DNA from: Gracilinanus agilis | Lineage: Eukaryota | DNA: 64,000 nucleotides | Reading direction: 5' to 3' | NCBI RefSeq assembly: GCF_016433145.1 | Contig: NC_058134.1 | Span: 298,697,376 to 298,761,375, forward strand | Shown: piece by piece, positions 24,066 to 36,230 of the stretch | Position numbering within the stretch: the first letter of the stretch is position 1 | Layout: each line of letters opens with the position of its first letter | The notes under the pieces: model-generated | Database searches by the model: none | Seen by the model: only the letters and a program-made list of their open reading frames with translations | Told to the model about the DNA's origin: nothing | Made by a program: the position numbers and the translations under genes

Positions 24066-24329
24066 AAGACAAGAAAATAGGACTTTCCATAAAGGCTAGT
24101 GAATAGTGACTGTTATTAAAGTGATTTGTGACCCTTTGGGAAACAGTACTGGACCATAGGGCCAGTATTATTGCAAAAAATTATGCCTAACTGGTGGCAC
24201 AGGTGATAGTATAGAATTAGAGACTGATATCTCAGACCATATCCTAGGAAAAAGTAAAAATGGATACTTGCCACTACAAAAAGAGCTGCTAAAATTTTTT
24301 GCTACACATATGTCCTGTTCCTCCCCCCA

Positions 24330-25330
24330 CCCCCCATCTCTGATCTAGTGATCAGGGGGATATCGTCAACAAATTAGAGAACATGGAAGTTTATCTGTCA
24401 GTTATGGATGAGGAAAGAACAAGACCAGAGAACATTATGAAAAATGAAATGAATAATTTAGACTGCATTAAATTGTTTCTATACAAAGAAACCTGAATGC
24501 AACCAAGATTAGAAAGGAAAAATAAATGGTAAAATTTCACAGCAAATGCCTTTGACAAAGGCCTCATTTCTCACACATATAGAGAACTGAGCCAATTTTA
24601 TAATATAGAGCATTGTACAATTGATAAATGGCCAAAATAAGAACAGGCAGTTCTTAAAGAAGGAAATTAAAACTATCTAGTCATATAAGAAAATGTTCCA
24701 AATCATAATTGATTAGGGTAATACTTATTAAAACAACTCTGAGATACTACCTCACACTTATCAGTGGCTAATATGACCAAAAAGGAAAATGGTAAATATT
24801 GGAGGGGAGGTGGGCAAACTGGTACACTTACATTGTTGGTGGAACAGTGAACTGATACAACCATTATAGAGAGCAATACCAGGCTCAAAGGGCCATAAAA
24901 CTAAGCACTTTTTGACCCAGCAATCCCACTACTGGGGCTATATTCCAGAGATCAAAGATGGGGGGGAAAGATGTATGTGTAGCAAAATATTTTTAGCAGC
25001 TTTTTTTTGTAGTGGCAAAATACTGCATATAGAAGAATGGGGTACGGACAAACAAGCTGTGATATATGGTTGTAATGGAATACTAATACTCCATAAGGAA
25101 TAATGAACAGGATGAGTTCAGAAAAACCTGGACTTATATGAACTGATGCAAAACGAAGTGAGCAGAACCAAGACAGTATATGCAGTAACAGAAATATTGT
25201 ACAATGATCAACAACGAAGGACTAAACTATTATCAATAAAAAAGGTCCCAAGATAACCCCAAGGGACTCATGATAAAAAAAAACAACAAAAACACACTAT
25301 ACACAGCCAAAGGAACTGATGGATTTACTA
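24330..25330 (+). mobile_element. LINE-1 ORF2 C-terminal/3'UTR fragment
   Basis: AAAACAACTCTGAGATACTACCTCACAC and TTTGACCCAGCAATCCCACTACTGGG parallel the L1 at 48370-48600. Confidence 0.8.
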
Positions 25331-26590
25331 TTAGGATCGAGCTTCTTGAGAAGCTTCAAAGAAAGCCTCTCCTGGTGGAAAAAAAATACAGCCATGGCCT
25401 AGACAGCTAGTGTCTGAGGTAGGATCTGATCTCGGGTCTTCCTGCCTTTGGCTCCAGGACTTTTACAGGTTCATGCACTGGGTTCGAAATATCAACTTCA
25501 TAAGCAAGAGAGACAGGAACACGCAAAGGATTTGGACGAGATCTGAGGGCTTTCCTTGGCTGCCAGCTCCAACAGAGAGAAGCAGCCACAACATCCAGAA
25601 AGAGGGAGGCATCACTGCTCTGAGCCAACCCCACCTACATTGAGTCCACTATGTGGCAGCCAAGCCGGTGTTTGGGCCAGAAGATCCTTGAAAGAAAGGG
25701 ACGCGTGGAACCTGAAGAAGGTTCAGGAAAAGTCCTCAGCACCCACCAGGCAAACAGGCCCAATTTTCTGGTCCAAAGGCTCCTTCAGGGAGGGGGCTCA
25801 GACTTGCTCAAGGTGGCTCCAAAGAACAGAGAATCGGTATAAGGCAGTTGAGGGGAAGGAGGGTCCTTCCCCAAAGGGAGATGGGCTACCTTGGGAGGCC
25901 CGCTTTTCAAATGACTTCCAGGAAAGTCAACATCCTTGTTCTGGTATGGATTTGGCATGTCATGTGATTCTGGCCAGCTCTAAAGTCCAACCTTATGACA
26001 GTCTGAGGACTTTTTGGCATTCTTAATCATTGGGGTGGGAGAGAGAGAGGAAGAATCATTCATGGGCTGCTGAGGTCTGGGGCAGGGGTAGGAGGGCCTT
26101 TCAGGAGAGAGGGCAGCTATAGCAGTGCAGAGGGAAACCATGGGGGTTTACAAGGCTAACAGCCTAAGAGTTTAAAAGGACCAGTGAGTAGCCGCAAAGG
26201 GCAAGAGGTAGGCTAGAAAGAAGGGAGGGTGAGTGAGGCTGAAATGAGAAGCTAACTATGGGCCCTAGAAAGGGAGATGGATGGAATCTCAAAGAGGGTC
26301 TAGATCTGGCAGGAGCAAGGAACTGCTCCTTGCCCTGAGGCCCAGCCAGTGGGTTGGAGACTGGGAATAAAACACTTCCCCAAGGCCCATCTACATAAAC
26401 ACCAGAAGGGAAGAGGGAGAAAGGAGGACTGAGGCCATTAATAAGGGAGCATCTCTGGTGCCAGCATCAGCTCCAAGGTTGGGTGAGGCAGATCATGAGA
26501 TTTACCTGATCCCTATCAATCCTTCAACAGCCCTGTGAGGTGAGACCACAATCCCCATCTTATAGAAGAGGAAACTGAGGCTGAAGCAGG

Positions 26591-26596
26591 TTTAAT
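26591..26596 (-). terminator. Candidate NME6 polyadenylation signal (ATTAAA)
   Basis: ATTAAA on the minus strand about 80 nt after the NME6 stop. Confidence 0.45.
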
Positions 26597-26675
26597 GACA
26601 GGACCCCTTGGCCCAGCCCCTGCCTCTTAACGCCCCTTCCTCCTGGAGCAACAGAGCTAGGGCATCCTCCTGCCC

Positions 26676-28565
26676 TTAGGGTGGGGGCTCTTGGCTGGTC
26701 TCCCCCCTACCCACACAGTGCACCCCTCCTTCCACACTGTAGTACACGGGCCCAAGGCGCAGCCTGGGCTCCTCCTCCTGGTACCATCGGCTCTCACTGA
26801 AGTCAGGGAAGAAGGCAGCAATCTCTCTGCGGGCAGAGAGCACCGAATCTGGGTCCATGAGAGACAAAAAGAGAGAAATCTTTGAGGGGAGTGGGGGAAA
26901 GAGGCAGTGGGCCCCAAGGAGCTGCCCATCCCCCCCTCACCTGAGCCGTGGGTAGTATTGCGGGTGTCAGTGAGGCCAAAGCTCCCCCGAATGGAGTCAG
27001 GGGCCACATAGCGAGCTCGGAACACCTTGGTGGGCCCCATCAGGCTCCTCCAGAGCTGGATAGCATCCTTGTGAGCCAAGATGTAAGCCCGGATGGGGCC
27101 ACTGGGGAGGAACAGAGAAGATGACCTATTTAAGTGATGGCAAACCTTTTAGAGGTGGAGTGCTAGGCCCCACCCCCAGACTTGTGCTGTGCCCATCCCT
27201 CCCCGCACTGAGTGCCAGGCATGCCCCCCCCTTACCCCATATAAGGAAGGGAGAAAGCGCTCCCATTGGGCTGCTGGGCAGAGGGGTGGGTGATGTGATA
27301 AAATGTCATCAGGCACAATGGAAAGGAGAAAAAGAGAATCCCTCTGCCTTTCTAAGAAAGTAAAGGACTCTGGGGAAGGGCCATGTGCCCACAGAGAACC
27401 AAAGGTTCGCCATCACTACCCTGAACTTGGGGCAGGGCCATCAGGACACGAGAAGGGGAAGCAAAATAAATAATTTAAAAAAGGAGGGGAGGGGAGCACA
27501 AGTACCTGGCCATGAACTCCACCAAGCGCTGGTAGAAAAAGCGCCCTATGGGAGAGAAACCATCAGACAAACAAACTGGGCTTGCTCCCCGCGCCCTCCC
27601 TTTGGAGGGGCTCGCCCACCTGAGTGCTCCTGGTAGAACCGCTGACAGTCCTCCCGTCCCCAAACCAGGTCCCGTGTCCGCACAATGAGGAGCTGGCTGC
27701 TCAAGATCTGCTGGTGAATGGCCTGAAACAAGACCCACGCTGAACTGAGAAGGGTCAGATCCCTCCTCCACTGCCACCCTCAGGGTCTGTAGTAGCTAAA
27801 AGTCTGTGGGAGCTCTCCAAGAAGTCTTCGGTGTGTTCCTAGGTGCCCGGGTATTCCCTCCCCTCCCCGAATTTCCCTGGAGAATCCGGGGCCAGGAACA
27901 AAGCAGAACCTAAAGGTTGTGCACCAACTTGTCCTCACCCGCCCTAACATTCTCCTGAGCCCACGCGCTGAACAAGTCTTTATCAGGGTTCTTATTAGGC
28001 TGAACCCCAAAGCCTTTGTAGCTCATGCCCTGGGGACGGAAAGTCTGGCGCTCCGAGATCCTGGGTTCAAATGCTGACCCAGATGCTTTCTAGTGGGGAG
28101 ACCATGGGTGCAAAGTCACTTCGCCACCGGCCATCATACGGCCGGTATAAAAAGAAGTCATCCTAGCAGGTCTCCCAAGGGGAAGTGAAGCACTTATGGT
28201 CACAGCTTTTCAGCAGTGACACCACAATAACCTTCGCCCTTCTTGCCCCAGGTCTGTCCAGGGCTTGGCTAGCCTTCAAGGCCCACCCAGTCAGTCCTGG
28301 GCTTCCCCTGCTTCCTTCCCTATGGGATTTGTGGGGCGAGGGGGGGAAAGGAGGGGGAGGGAAGGGCCTCAGCGGGAGGCTCCCCTGGAATGGCCCTGTA
28401 TTCCTCCCCCACCTTGACTAGTCTACACGGGTGGGAAGCCCTCCCTGCATTGCCCGGGGCCCTCCACGGAACCTCCACGACCAGGGGGTGGGCCACAGCA
28501 TCTGGCTTGATTAGAGCCAGAGTGAGTTGGAGCAGGCGGGGCCCTCCGCGCCCCAGCGCCTCCAT
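26676..28565 (-). CDS. NME6: Nucleoside diphosphate kinase 6 (NME6), 5 coding exons, 189 aa
   Basis: Exons 28473-28565, 27620-27722, 27506-27545, 26941-27101, 26676-26848 are GT-AG flanked, phase-compatible and sum to 570 nt. Translation LQLTLALIKPDAVAHPLVVE/AIHQQILSS...FYQEHS/GRFFYQRLVEFMA/SGPIRAYILAHKDAIQLWRSLMGPTKVFRARYVAPDSIRGSFGLTDTRNTTHGS/DSVLSARREIAAFFPDFSE matches mammalian NME6 and includes the NDPK catalytic HGSD motif. Confidence 0.97.
27132..27418. mobile_element. hAT-type MITE in NME6 intron 3
   Basis: AGTGATGGCAAACCTTTTAGAG ... GGTTCGCCATCACT termini; same family as 9030-9387 and 59328-59619. Confidence 0.75.
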
Positions 28566-29300
28566 AGACTCCCTGGTGCTCGTGCGCCCAAGTGTCTTCC
28601 GTGTCTACTCCTGTGCGTACTCCTGCGTCCTACTCCCCCACCCATGCGTGCGTCTTCTTTCCCCTCCCGACCCCGTACGTCCCGTACGTGCCCGTGTACC
28701 ATTCCTCCCCCTTCCCATACGTTCTCCTACGACCCTGTAGGACCCCATGGGTCCTTCCATTCTGGCCGGGATTACCCCTCCCCCATGCGCCTTCCCACAT
28801 TCTAGCTCCATGAACTGCCCTTCCCCCACAATACGCATGTGCACTCAGCCACAGGGTCCTTCGGGCGGTGCGACGGGCAGCCCAAGGGGCCTCCTGGCCA
28901 TCCATCTGGCGTTTGGGGCGGGCAGCCCCTGCCGTTGCATAGCAGCGGTGACGACGCTGCCAAGCCCGAGGCCTGAACGACATGGCCGGGGAGCCCGCTG
29001 GGGCTGGGGCTGGGGCAGGGACCGGAGCTGGGGCCGGGGCCGGGGCAGGCACGGGGCCGGAACTGGACCAGGAGAAGTATGACTCGGCCGAGAACGTCAA
29101 GATCATCTGCCTCGGGGACAGCGCCGTGGGCAAGTCCAAGTGCGTGGCGGGGGAGAGGCGGGGGCCTTGAACACCAAGTCCCAGAGTTTGGGGTGGGTGG
29201 AGCTCTGAACGCCAACCCCTGGGGCCTGGAACACTGATCCCGGGAGGGGGAGGGGAGGGAGTCCTGAACGCGGTTGTGGGGCAGTCACTGAATGCCAAGC
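28370..29300. promoter_or_regulatory. CpG island / bidirectional promoter shared by NME6 and RABL2
   Basis: GC- and CpG-rich stretch in an otherwise CpG-poor window; the two divergent ATGs (28565 minus, 28982 plus) are 416 bp apart. Confidence 0.85.
28934..28946 (+). promoter_or_regulatory. Candidate RFX X-box upstream of RABL2
   Basis: GTTGCATAGCAGC, one mismatch from GTTGCATAGCAAC, ending 35 nt before the RABL2 ATG. Confidence 0.45.
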
Positions 29301-32300
29301 CGAGGGTCTTTAAGTCCAGGTGGCAGAAGGACCCATCCCCCTATCCTCTAATGGAAGGATGTGAAGTCCCAGGCCAGGGTTATCTCCCAACCTGCCTCCG
29401 TTCATTCGTTCATTCTCTCGCCCGCTGTTCCCTTCAGGCACCCCCAGACAAGCCTGTGAATAGCAGGAGGCGGGAGTTCCCCAGCACACACCCTCCACAG
29501 GTGCAGATCGCCACCTAGAACAGCACTTACACCCAGGGTTCCCGCCCAGGCTCTTGTTCTTGGCCAGGGTTTTCTTCCTTGGGTCTCCTGCCATTGAACC
29601 TCATCTCTTGGCATTTCTGAGATCATATGAAGGAATCAGGCGTTTTAGGGAAGGACTCAGTCATTGCCATACCTATTTAACAGATGAGGAAACTGAGGCG
29701 GGGGGAGGGATGGTATTAAGTCTCTTGCTAGAAAGAATCCAAGATAGAATTTGAATTTAGGTGGTCATGGCTCAGAGGTGCAGACGCCATCTAGGAGGGT
29801 TTTGGTGGTTGTGGGGATCAGGAGGGAGACACAGACCTGGAGGAAATGAGGAGGTGGGAGAGAGACTTGGATCCAAACAATGGGGGTCTGGAAGGCTGAG
29901 GGAAGGAATTCCCTGCTCAGGGCTAGGTGACCTCTGATCCCAAGTTTGACATGCTTGGCATACAGCAGGCACTTAAGAAATGTGTTTTTGTTACCAGGAA
30001 CTTGGAGTCTGTGCCTTGGACAGCTCTGGCAGGTCGTGGGTTTATTAAGTGCCTTCAGTGGTCAGAGCCTGGGTACTGAGAAGAGCTAAGAGGGGCTCAA
30101 ATGCAGTAAACAAATAGAAAAGGCCCCTGCTCAGTGAGAGGGAGGGGGTGACTAACTCAGACTGTAGAAGGAAGGCAAAAACCTTTGACCTTGAGCTTTT
30201 TGAGGCCAGGTCACTATGACTAGGCTGAGTTGGGAGGGGGGGAAGGGGACAGGGAGGTCCATTGTTGGCGCCAAGATGGGGCACAGACCCAGGATTCTTG
30301 TCAAAAGGGAGAGCCTCAGCCCCTCAGGCTAGAGCTGGGAGGGCCCCAGGGAGCATCCAGGATAACTTTGGGGAGCCCTGTCCAGGGAGGGGACTCCCAG
30401 CCCATCTCGGAGTCACTGAGCACACTCTCTTACTTGCAGGCTCATGGAGAGATTCCTCATGGATGGATTGTATCCTTCAGGTTGTGAAATGCCCTCCTGG
30501 TCCCCATGTCCAGCAGTAGTCCAGAAAGGTCTCCTCCTGCCCTTGGTGAGGGATCAGGACTGAAACTCTGTCCTTCCCTCCCAGGACTGGGGACTTGGGT
30601 TTCTGCCATCATTACTGGTCTCCCCTATGAGCCCTGAGGGCACTTAGTGCCTGAGGCTTTATTGGGCAGATTTGAGTCCTTGATCCCCTCCTCTGTCTGG
30701 CCACCTGGGCTGAGCAAAAAAATGTTTGTTGAATGGGATGGAATCTATCCCTAGATAAGAGACATCCAGTTTGGTCCCACTTACCCAGAACAGCTGAGGG
30801 GGAGCTGACCAGCTGGACCTAGTCTGAGCAGTTTTGTATTGAGTGCCCAGGGGACCTTCTAGTTGGGGCCTTGGGTTCTAGCTGTGGGCCTCCTGGGATT
30901 GTATGTCAAACTCTTGGCTAAGGAGTGGCAGGCCTGTCCTTATTCCTCTGAGGGAGCAGCTAAATGGTAACCACTAAATCTAAGCCCATTCCCCTCAACT
31001 GATAAACCAAAGTTGAGAAATTCAGACAGACCCCACTCCCATCCCAGATTCCTACTATCTTTGGCACAGCTCAACAGTCTCTTCTGGGGCTGGCCATGGA
31101 GATGGGACATTAGACAGCCTGGGCCTGACCTAAGGGACATCCATTCTCAGGGGCAGCTGTTTCATCCCTTGTCTCCTCTCCCTCTCTCTTTCTCTTCTTT
31201 TTTCACTTTCTTTTCTCTCCCTTTCCTTTCTTTTCTTTCTTACTTCTCCGTTTTTCTCTCCTTTCTCCTTCCTTCTCTATTCTTTTTCTCCTTTTTCTGT
31301 TTTCTCTCTTCCTTTCTCTCTCTCCTTATCCTCTCTTCTTTCTCCTCCATTTTCTTTCTTCCCCCTCCCTCTTTTCTCTCCCTCTCTCCCTCCTTCCCTC
31401 TTTTGCTCCCTCTCTTCCAGTGACCTCATCAGTTCCCATGGGTTCAATTACCAATTTATAGGCAAGAGGCTTCCCAAACTATTTATCCATCTCGTGTTTC
31501 CCTCCTGGGTCTCAGGCCCATGTTACTTGCTACCTGTTAGACATTTCCTTAACCCAGGTTCAGCCAGCCCCAGCAGCTGTCCACCTATGCTCTGACCCTG
31601 TACAAACACACGGCCAATATAGACGGCAAAACCATCCTTGTGGGTGAGCAGCCATCCATTGGAGAAGAGAAGGAGGTTTGGGAGGAGGGGCTTTTCTCTC
31701 CTCACAGGTGGGGACAGACAAGCTGGGAATGTTCGTGCTGGGTGGGCAGTGAAAGGAGACCTGGGCAAATAGGCCCAGGGTAGCCTGGGGCTTGGATGGG
31801 CAAGTAGAAAGTGAGGTCAGACTGGCAGAGTAGGAGAAAGGGCGCCTAGCAATGGCCATTTCCATGTCTTTCCCAAAGCACAGTTTGCCCACCTCCAGCC
31901 AAGATCTCCAAGGTCATTCACTCTATTTTGGGCTACTCTGAGTGCTAGTTGCTGATGGACCTGGAGCCTCATCCCCCTCTGCTCATCCCCAGTGTGGCCT
32001 TTGTGAGGCTGGACATGACCCTTCTGTCCTCCTGGCTCCAGCCACCACCCCTATGTCCTTTGACCTTACCCAACCCACAAGTTCCCCAGCTGACCCCTTC
32101 CATGCTCCCAGCCCTTTTCCCTCCTGGTCATCTTACCTCCCTTAGAGGCCTTAGAGCCCAAGCCCCAGTCTACCCCCAGATACAGTCCCCTTGCCCTTTC
32201 CGGCCTGGTGGGCTCAAGGTAGAGGTAGAGAAGAGGTTGGGAGAAGGGGAGGAGAACAAGGACGCAGGACTCCCCGTGGAGTTGGGCTGGGACAAGTTGG

Positions 32301-35300
32301 AAGGAAGAGGAAAGAAGTGTCAAGGATAAGGAAAGACTCACCAGGTCTGTGCCCACCCTGCACACACACATCCCCCTGCCATCCTTCTCTCTTCGTGACA
32401 CCTTCCTCCCCCCACCTGGCTGTGTGTACACACATGCATACACTTGTATGTCCAGTGATACCCACTCTTTCCCTGGTGGTGAGAAAGGCTAGGTTTTGGG
32501 GACTGTACCATGTCTCATGCCTGTGCTCTTCCAACAGATTTCTGGGACACAGCAGGGCAGGAGAGGTTCCAGAGTATGCACGCTTCCTACTACCACAAGG
32601 CACACGCCTGCATCATGGTATGTCTCAACTGGAGACCATGGAGTCTGTTGGCCAAGGCAGCCTCTCCCCACCCCCAAAAGCCAGTAGCCTCCTGGGAGAC
32701 TGAGAACCCTTTGGGACCCTGGTTCCTGTGAGGGCTTACCAAGGTCCAGGCAGGAATGACTCCCAAGTCTGGTCACTGGAATTGGGATGGAGGAAGTGCT
32801 CCCTGAGGTCCAGAAGGGGGCAGGACCAGCCCCAGAACTCCAGCTGCCTCTCCCGAGAAAGCTGTCACTTCTCTGAGGATTGCACCCTCACTCACACACA
32901 CTCTAAACACAGGGAGTCTCATGTCCTTCCGTTTGGATCAAGGACAGATCTCAGAATTCTCCACCCACATAGGATGGCATCCGTCCAACCTCAAAGCTGG
33001 AAAGAGTTTGGGGCACGGACAAGAAGACCCTCCAGCCAGGCTTCGACACAGAGATGAGAGCTACTGTCAAAGGGGAGGGTGCCTAGACATCCCTGAACTA
33101 GGGAAGCCTATGGGGTGGCGGTGGGGAGGCCATGACTGTTCCTGAGGACCCAAGTCATAGGCTTCATGCTGATGTGTCTGTGTGTGCCCATCTGCTAGCC
33201 TGGCCCTCAGGTCAAGAGTGGGTCCAGATTGCACCCTTTCAGTGGCTATCTCCCCCCCACCCCACTCCTCTTTGCTTTGACCAGGGCTATGTCCTCAGTC
33301 CCCAGCTTGAGGCTGGATCCTTCCAGGAAGATGCTGGCCTGGAAGCTCCCAACTAGTTACTCCCAAAGGGACAGACAGGAATCAAACAGGAGGAGAGGGC
33401 CCAGGACTAGGTCTCCAAGGTCTTTGTCCTCCCTTTCTAGGTCCTGCACCAATGGCCTCTGAGGCCCCAAGAAAAGTCCCAAACGGGGCTGTCTCCCCCT
33501 TCCATTTCTCTACATTTGGCCCCTTGGGTTGGGATAAAGGGTGATACTCTGGCTGGTGTAGGGAGGCTCACCCAGTTTCTGGATCTATCTCCCTAGTAGC
33601 CACTGCACAGATGTCCTAGGACAGATTTCAAGGAAACTGTTCTTAGATGGGGAAGTTACCTAATTTTTCATAGACTTGATGACTTTGAAGGTAATCCATT
33701 TGGTGTGGTAACTAAAATGGCATCGACACAGATGTGGCCAAGAGCCGACCTACACCCCACCTGGCGCCCCTCTCTCCCCTTTTCTACGGGGTGGTAAGGG
33801 AGGTGATCCAAGGGGTGTCTCAGGGTCTAGAGAGGCAAGCAATTCAGCTTTCAGATGGCCTCTCAGCTGAACTGGGACTCCAGTATGGTCCCTGCCCCAG
33901 GAGGGGCTCAAGAAAAGAAATCCTGAAGTCAGTCCTCTCTCCCTGACTTGGCCCAACCTGTCATGTCCATGCAGTGGTACACTGGACCCAAGGCAGCATC
34001 TTAAGAGCTGCCTAGAATCCTGGGAAATAAGGGACTCCCCAGCCTTGCCAGGCTCACCCAGCCAGGAAGGGTTGGAGGGCCTTGGACCTGGGACTTCCTC
34101 ACTTCTAAGGGTGGCTGCACTGCCTGACAAGGCCCAGAGAAGAGTTTCTTCATGAGACTGAGAAGGTGCCATAGGTCCAGGTCAGCTAGGAGCTCTCCTA
34201 CCCAACAGTTATTCTCCTACAACCCAAAATGACACTTCGGGACAGATTCTCTTTGGAGCAAGATTTCCAGACTGACGTGCATCCCCATCCCTTGGTTCTG
34301 TGGCCCAGCTTAGCATCTCCCACAGGTCCCAGGCATCGTTCTAATGTGATAGTGAGTAGCAATCTTAGCTTCTCCCTGGGGATGCTGCTTGGGAGCTCAC
34401 TTCACACCCTGAGATGAGGTACAGATGCCTATCCTGTGGCCAACTGGTGCAGCCAGGCCACATTCATCATAAGGGCTAGAAGCAATTTTGGGAAACCAAG
34501 CAAGGTCCCATTCAGAGCTGGGGCAAGTTCCAGGCAGGACTGTCTAGTCCAGTCGCTGAATAATTGCATCTCTCCAAACAAAGCCCTGTCAGTGGTGGAA
34601 CCTGGGCATGTAACAGCAACCCCTGGAATCCCATGGATAGACAGACAGGTGCCCTGAGCAACCCTAGCTTTTCTGGTCCAAGGAGGCAGGCAGTCATCCT
34701 TAATATCATCCTTCCAAGCTGCCTTGGCTCCTTTCTGCTCTCGTGGGAGTCAATGTTTTCTGATTGATTGACTGATGACGTTCCTGCACCACCCTTGTTG
34801 GGCCCTTCCTGACTATTGCCAATTGGGACTTCAGGCTGCATTTAATCCACAAAGGTTTAGACTCACGGAGGATGTTTTCTCCTAGGAAGAGAGGGAAGGT
34901 CCTAAATTACAAACAGCCCGGGAGCCATGGCCCCATTGGATTGCCAGGGCTTCTTAGCCTCGAGCCCCAGCCCCTTCCCATGGTCCTGTGCATTTCAGGC
35001 CTGGTCTATTCCTTCCCCCTTTTCCCTTGGCATCCTGGAAGTCCTCCATGTGCTGGGTCACAGAGCCCTGTGAGGGGTGGGGAAGGAGAGCCCTTGGAGC
35101 TACCCACCCCTTTCCTCTTGCCCAGGTGTTCGATGTGCAGAGAAAGGTCACCTACAAGAACTTGGGCAGCTGGTACTCGGAGCTTCGTGAGTTCCGCCCT
35201 GAGATCCCTTGCGTCGTGGTGGCCAATAAGATTGACGGTGGGAAGTGGCCCCGGGGGTGGGGGGTGGGCTGACCCTAGAGGGGGGGCTCTGACACGACCG

Positions 35301-35795
35301 GCAGTAACCCTCTCCCCTTCTTTAGCCGACACCAAGGTAACCCAGAAAAGCTTCAACTTCGCCAGGAAATTTTCACTGCCTTTGTATTTCGTCTCAGCTG
35401 CTGATGGCACCAATGTTGTGAAGGTAGTTTGTCGGGATTGGGAGTGCTAGGTGAGCTGAGGCCAGCAGGTCTCAGAATGTCTTGCCTTTGCCCTTGGGGA
35501 CCTGCCTTCTCTTCTCCCCAGCTCTTCAATGATGCTATTCGTCTGGCGGTTTCTTACAAAGAGAATTCCCAAGACTTCATGGATGAGGTTTTACAAGAGC
35601 TTGAGGTGGGTGGTTAGGACGAGGTGGAGGATGGGGATGCCTGCCTGACCCCCCTGCCCTCTGATTTCAGACCTGTCCAAGGCAGGCCTGGCTCACCTAC
35701 AGCTTTTCTTGCAGAACTTTGAGCTAGAGAAGAAGATGGAGGCCGTGTCAGATCTGGAACAGAGTGACATCCTCGTGGATCTTCCATCTCCCTGA
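28982..35795 (+). CDS. RABL2: Rab-like protein 2 (RABL2, ciliary small GTPase), 8 coding exons, 240 aa
   Basis: Exons 28982-29139, 30440-30469, 31564-31643, 32538-32617, 35126-35237, 35326-35423, 35522-35605, 35715-35795 sum to 723 nt in frame. Motifs GDSAVGKS (P-loop), WDTAGQERF (G3), NKID (G4), SAA (G5); no C-terminal prenylation cysteines. Matches RABL2A/B from memory. Confidence 0.97.
30470..31563 (+). other. RABL2: U12-type (minor spliceosome) GT-AG intron 2 of RABL2
   Basis: 5' site GTATCCTT at 30470; branch point TTCCTTAAC at 31545-31553, 10 nt before the end of the 3' AG (31562-31563); no real polypyrimidine tract. Confidence 0.92.
31170..31420. repeat. CT-rich low-complexity tract inside the RABL2 U12 intron
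   Basis: About 250 bp almost entirely C/T. Confidence 0.85.
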
Positions 35796-36224
35796 GTCAC
35801 TTTCTGTCCTCTCCCTCTCCCCACAACCCCAACACCCTAAGGAGAGTTGACTTTTCCCAAGCAACCTGGGGTCTACTACTCCAGCCTTTCTATCTTTCCT
35901 GTGCTAACTCTCCTCCTCCTCCCTCTCTGCTTCTTACTCATGCCCAGCTTTCCCAACATTGGGATATGGAAGGAGGAGCACTGAGGCCCCTATCCCAGCG
36001 GGAATGGAGGAGGGTCAATACCAGGCCCCATCCTGGAGACAGAGCAGTGATGAAGAATCTGTACCCACCACACACACACATCCCAGCCTGGGGGAAGTCA
36101 TTGCCAGTCATCAACACCACCAGGACAAGAAATAGGGGGTCAGTACCATGCCCACCCTATTTGGAGGTGGGGGGCAACAGGTGGAATGAGGCGATGTTTT
36201 ATGTATCCACCTGAAGAACAGAAA

Positions 36225-36230
36225 ATTAAA
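36225..36230 (+). terminator. Candidate RABL2 polyadenylation signal (ATTAAA)
   Basis: ATTAAA about 430 nt after the stop, followed by a T/GT-rich stretch. Confidence 0.5.

Noticed and set aside
28320-28472. Read-through of NME6 exon 1 past its weak GTTCCG donor, giving an 81-aa ORF
   Set aside because: Homology to NME6 stops exactly at the donor and phase matches exon 2; the extension is intronic.
28630-29298. 222-aa antisense ORF across the promoter and RABL2 exon 1
   Set aside because: Expected by-product of a stop-poor CpG island and the Ala-Gly repeat.
31949-33462. Many overlapping 100-170 aa ORFs in RABL2 introns 3-4
   Set aside because: GC-rich intronic sequence; only 32538-32617 has RABL2 homology.
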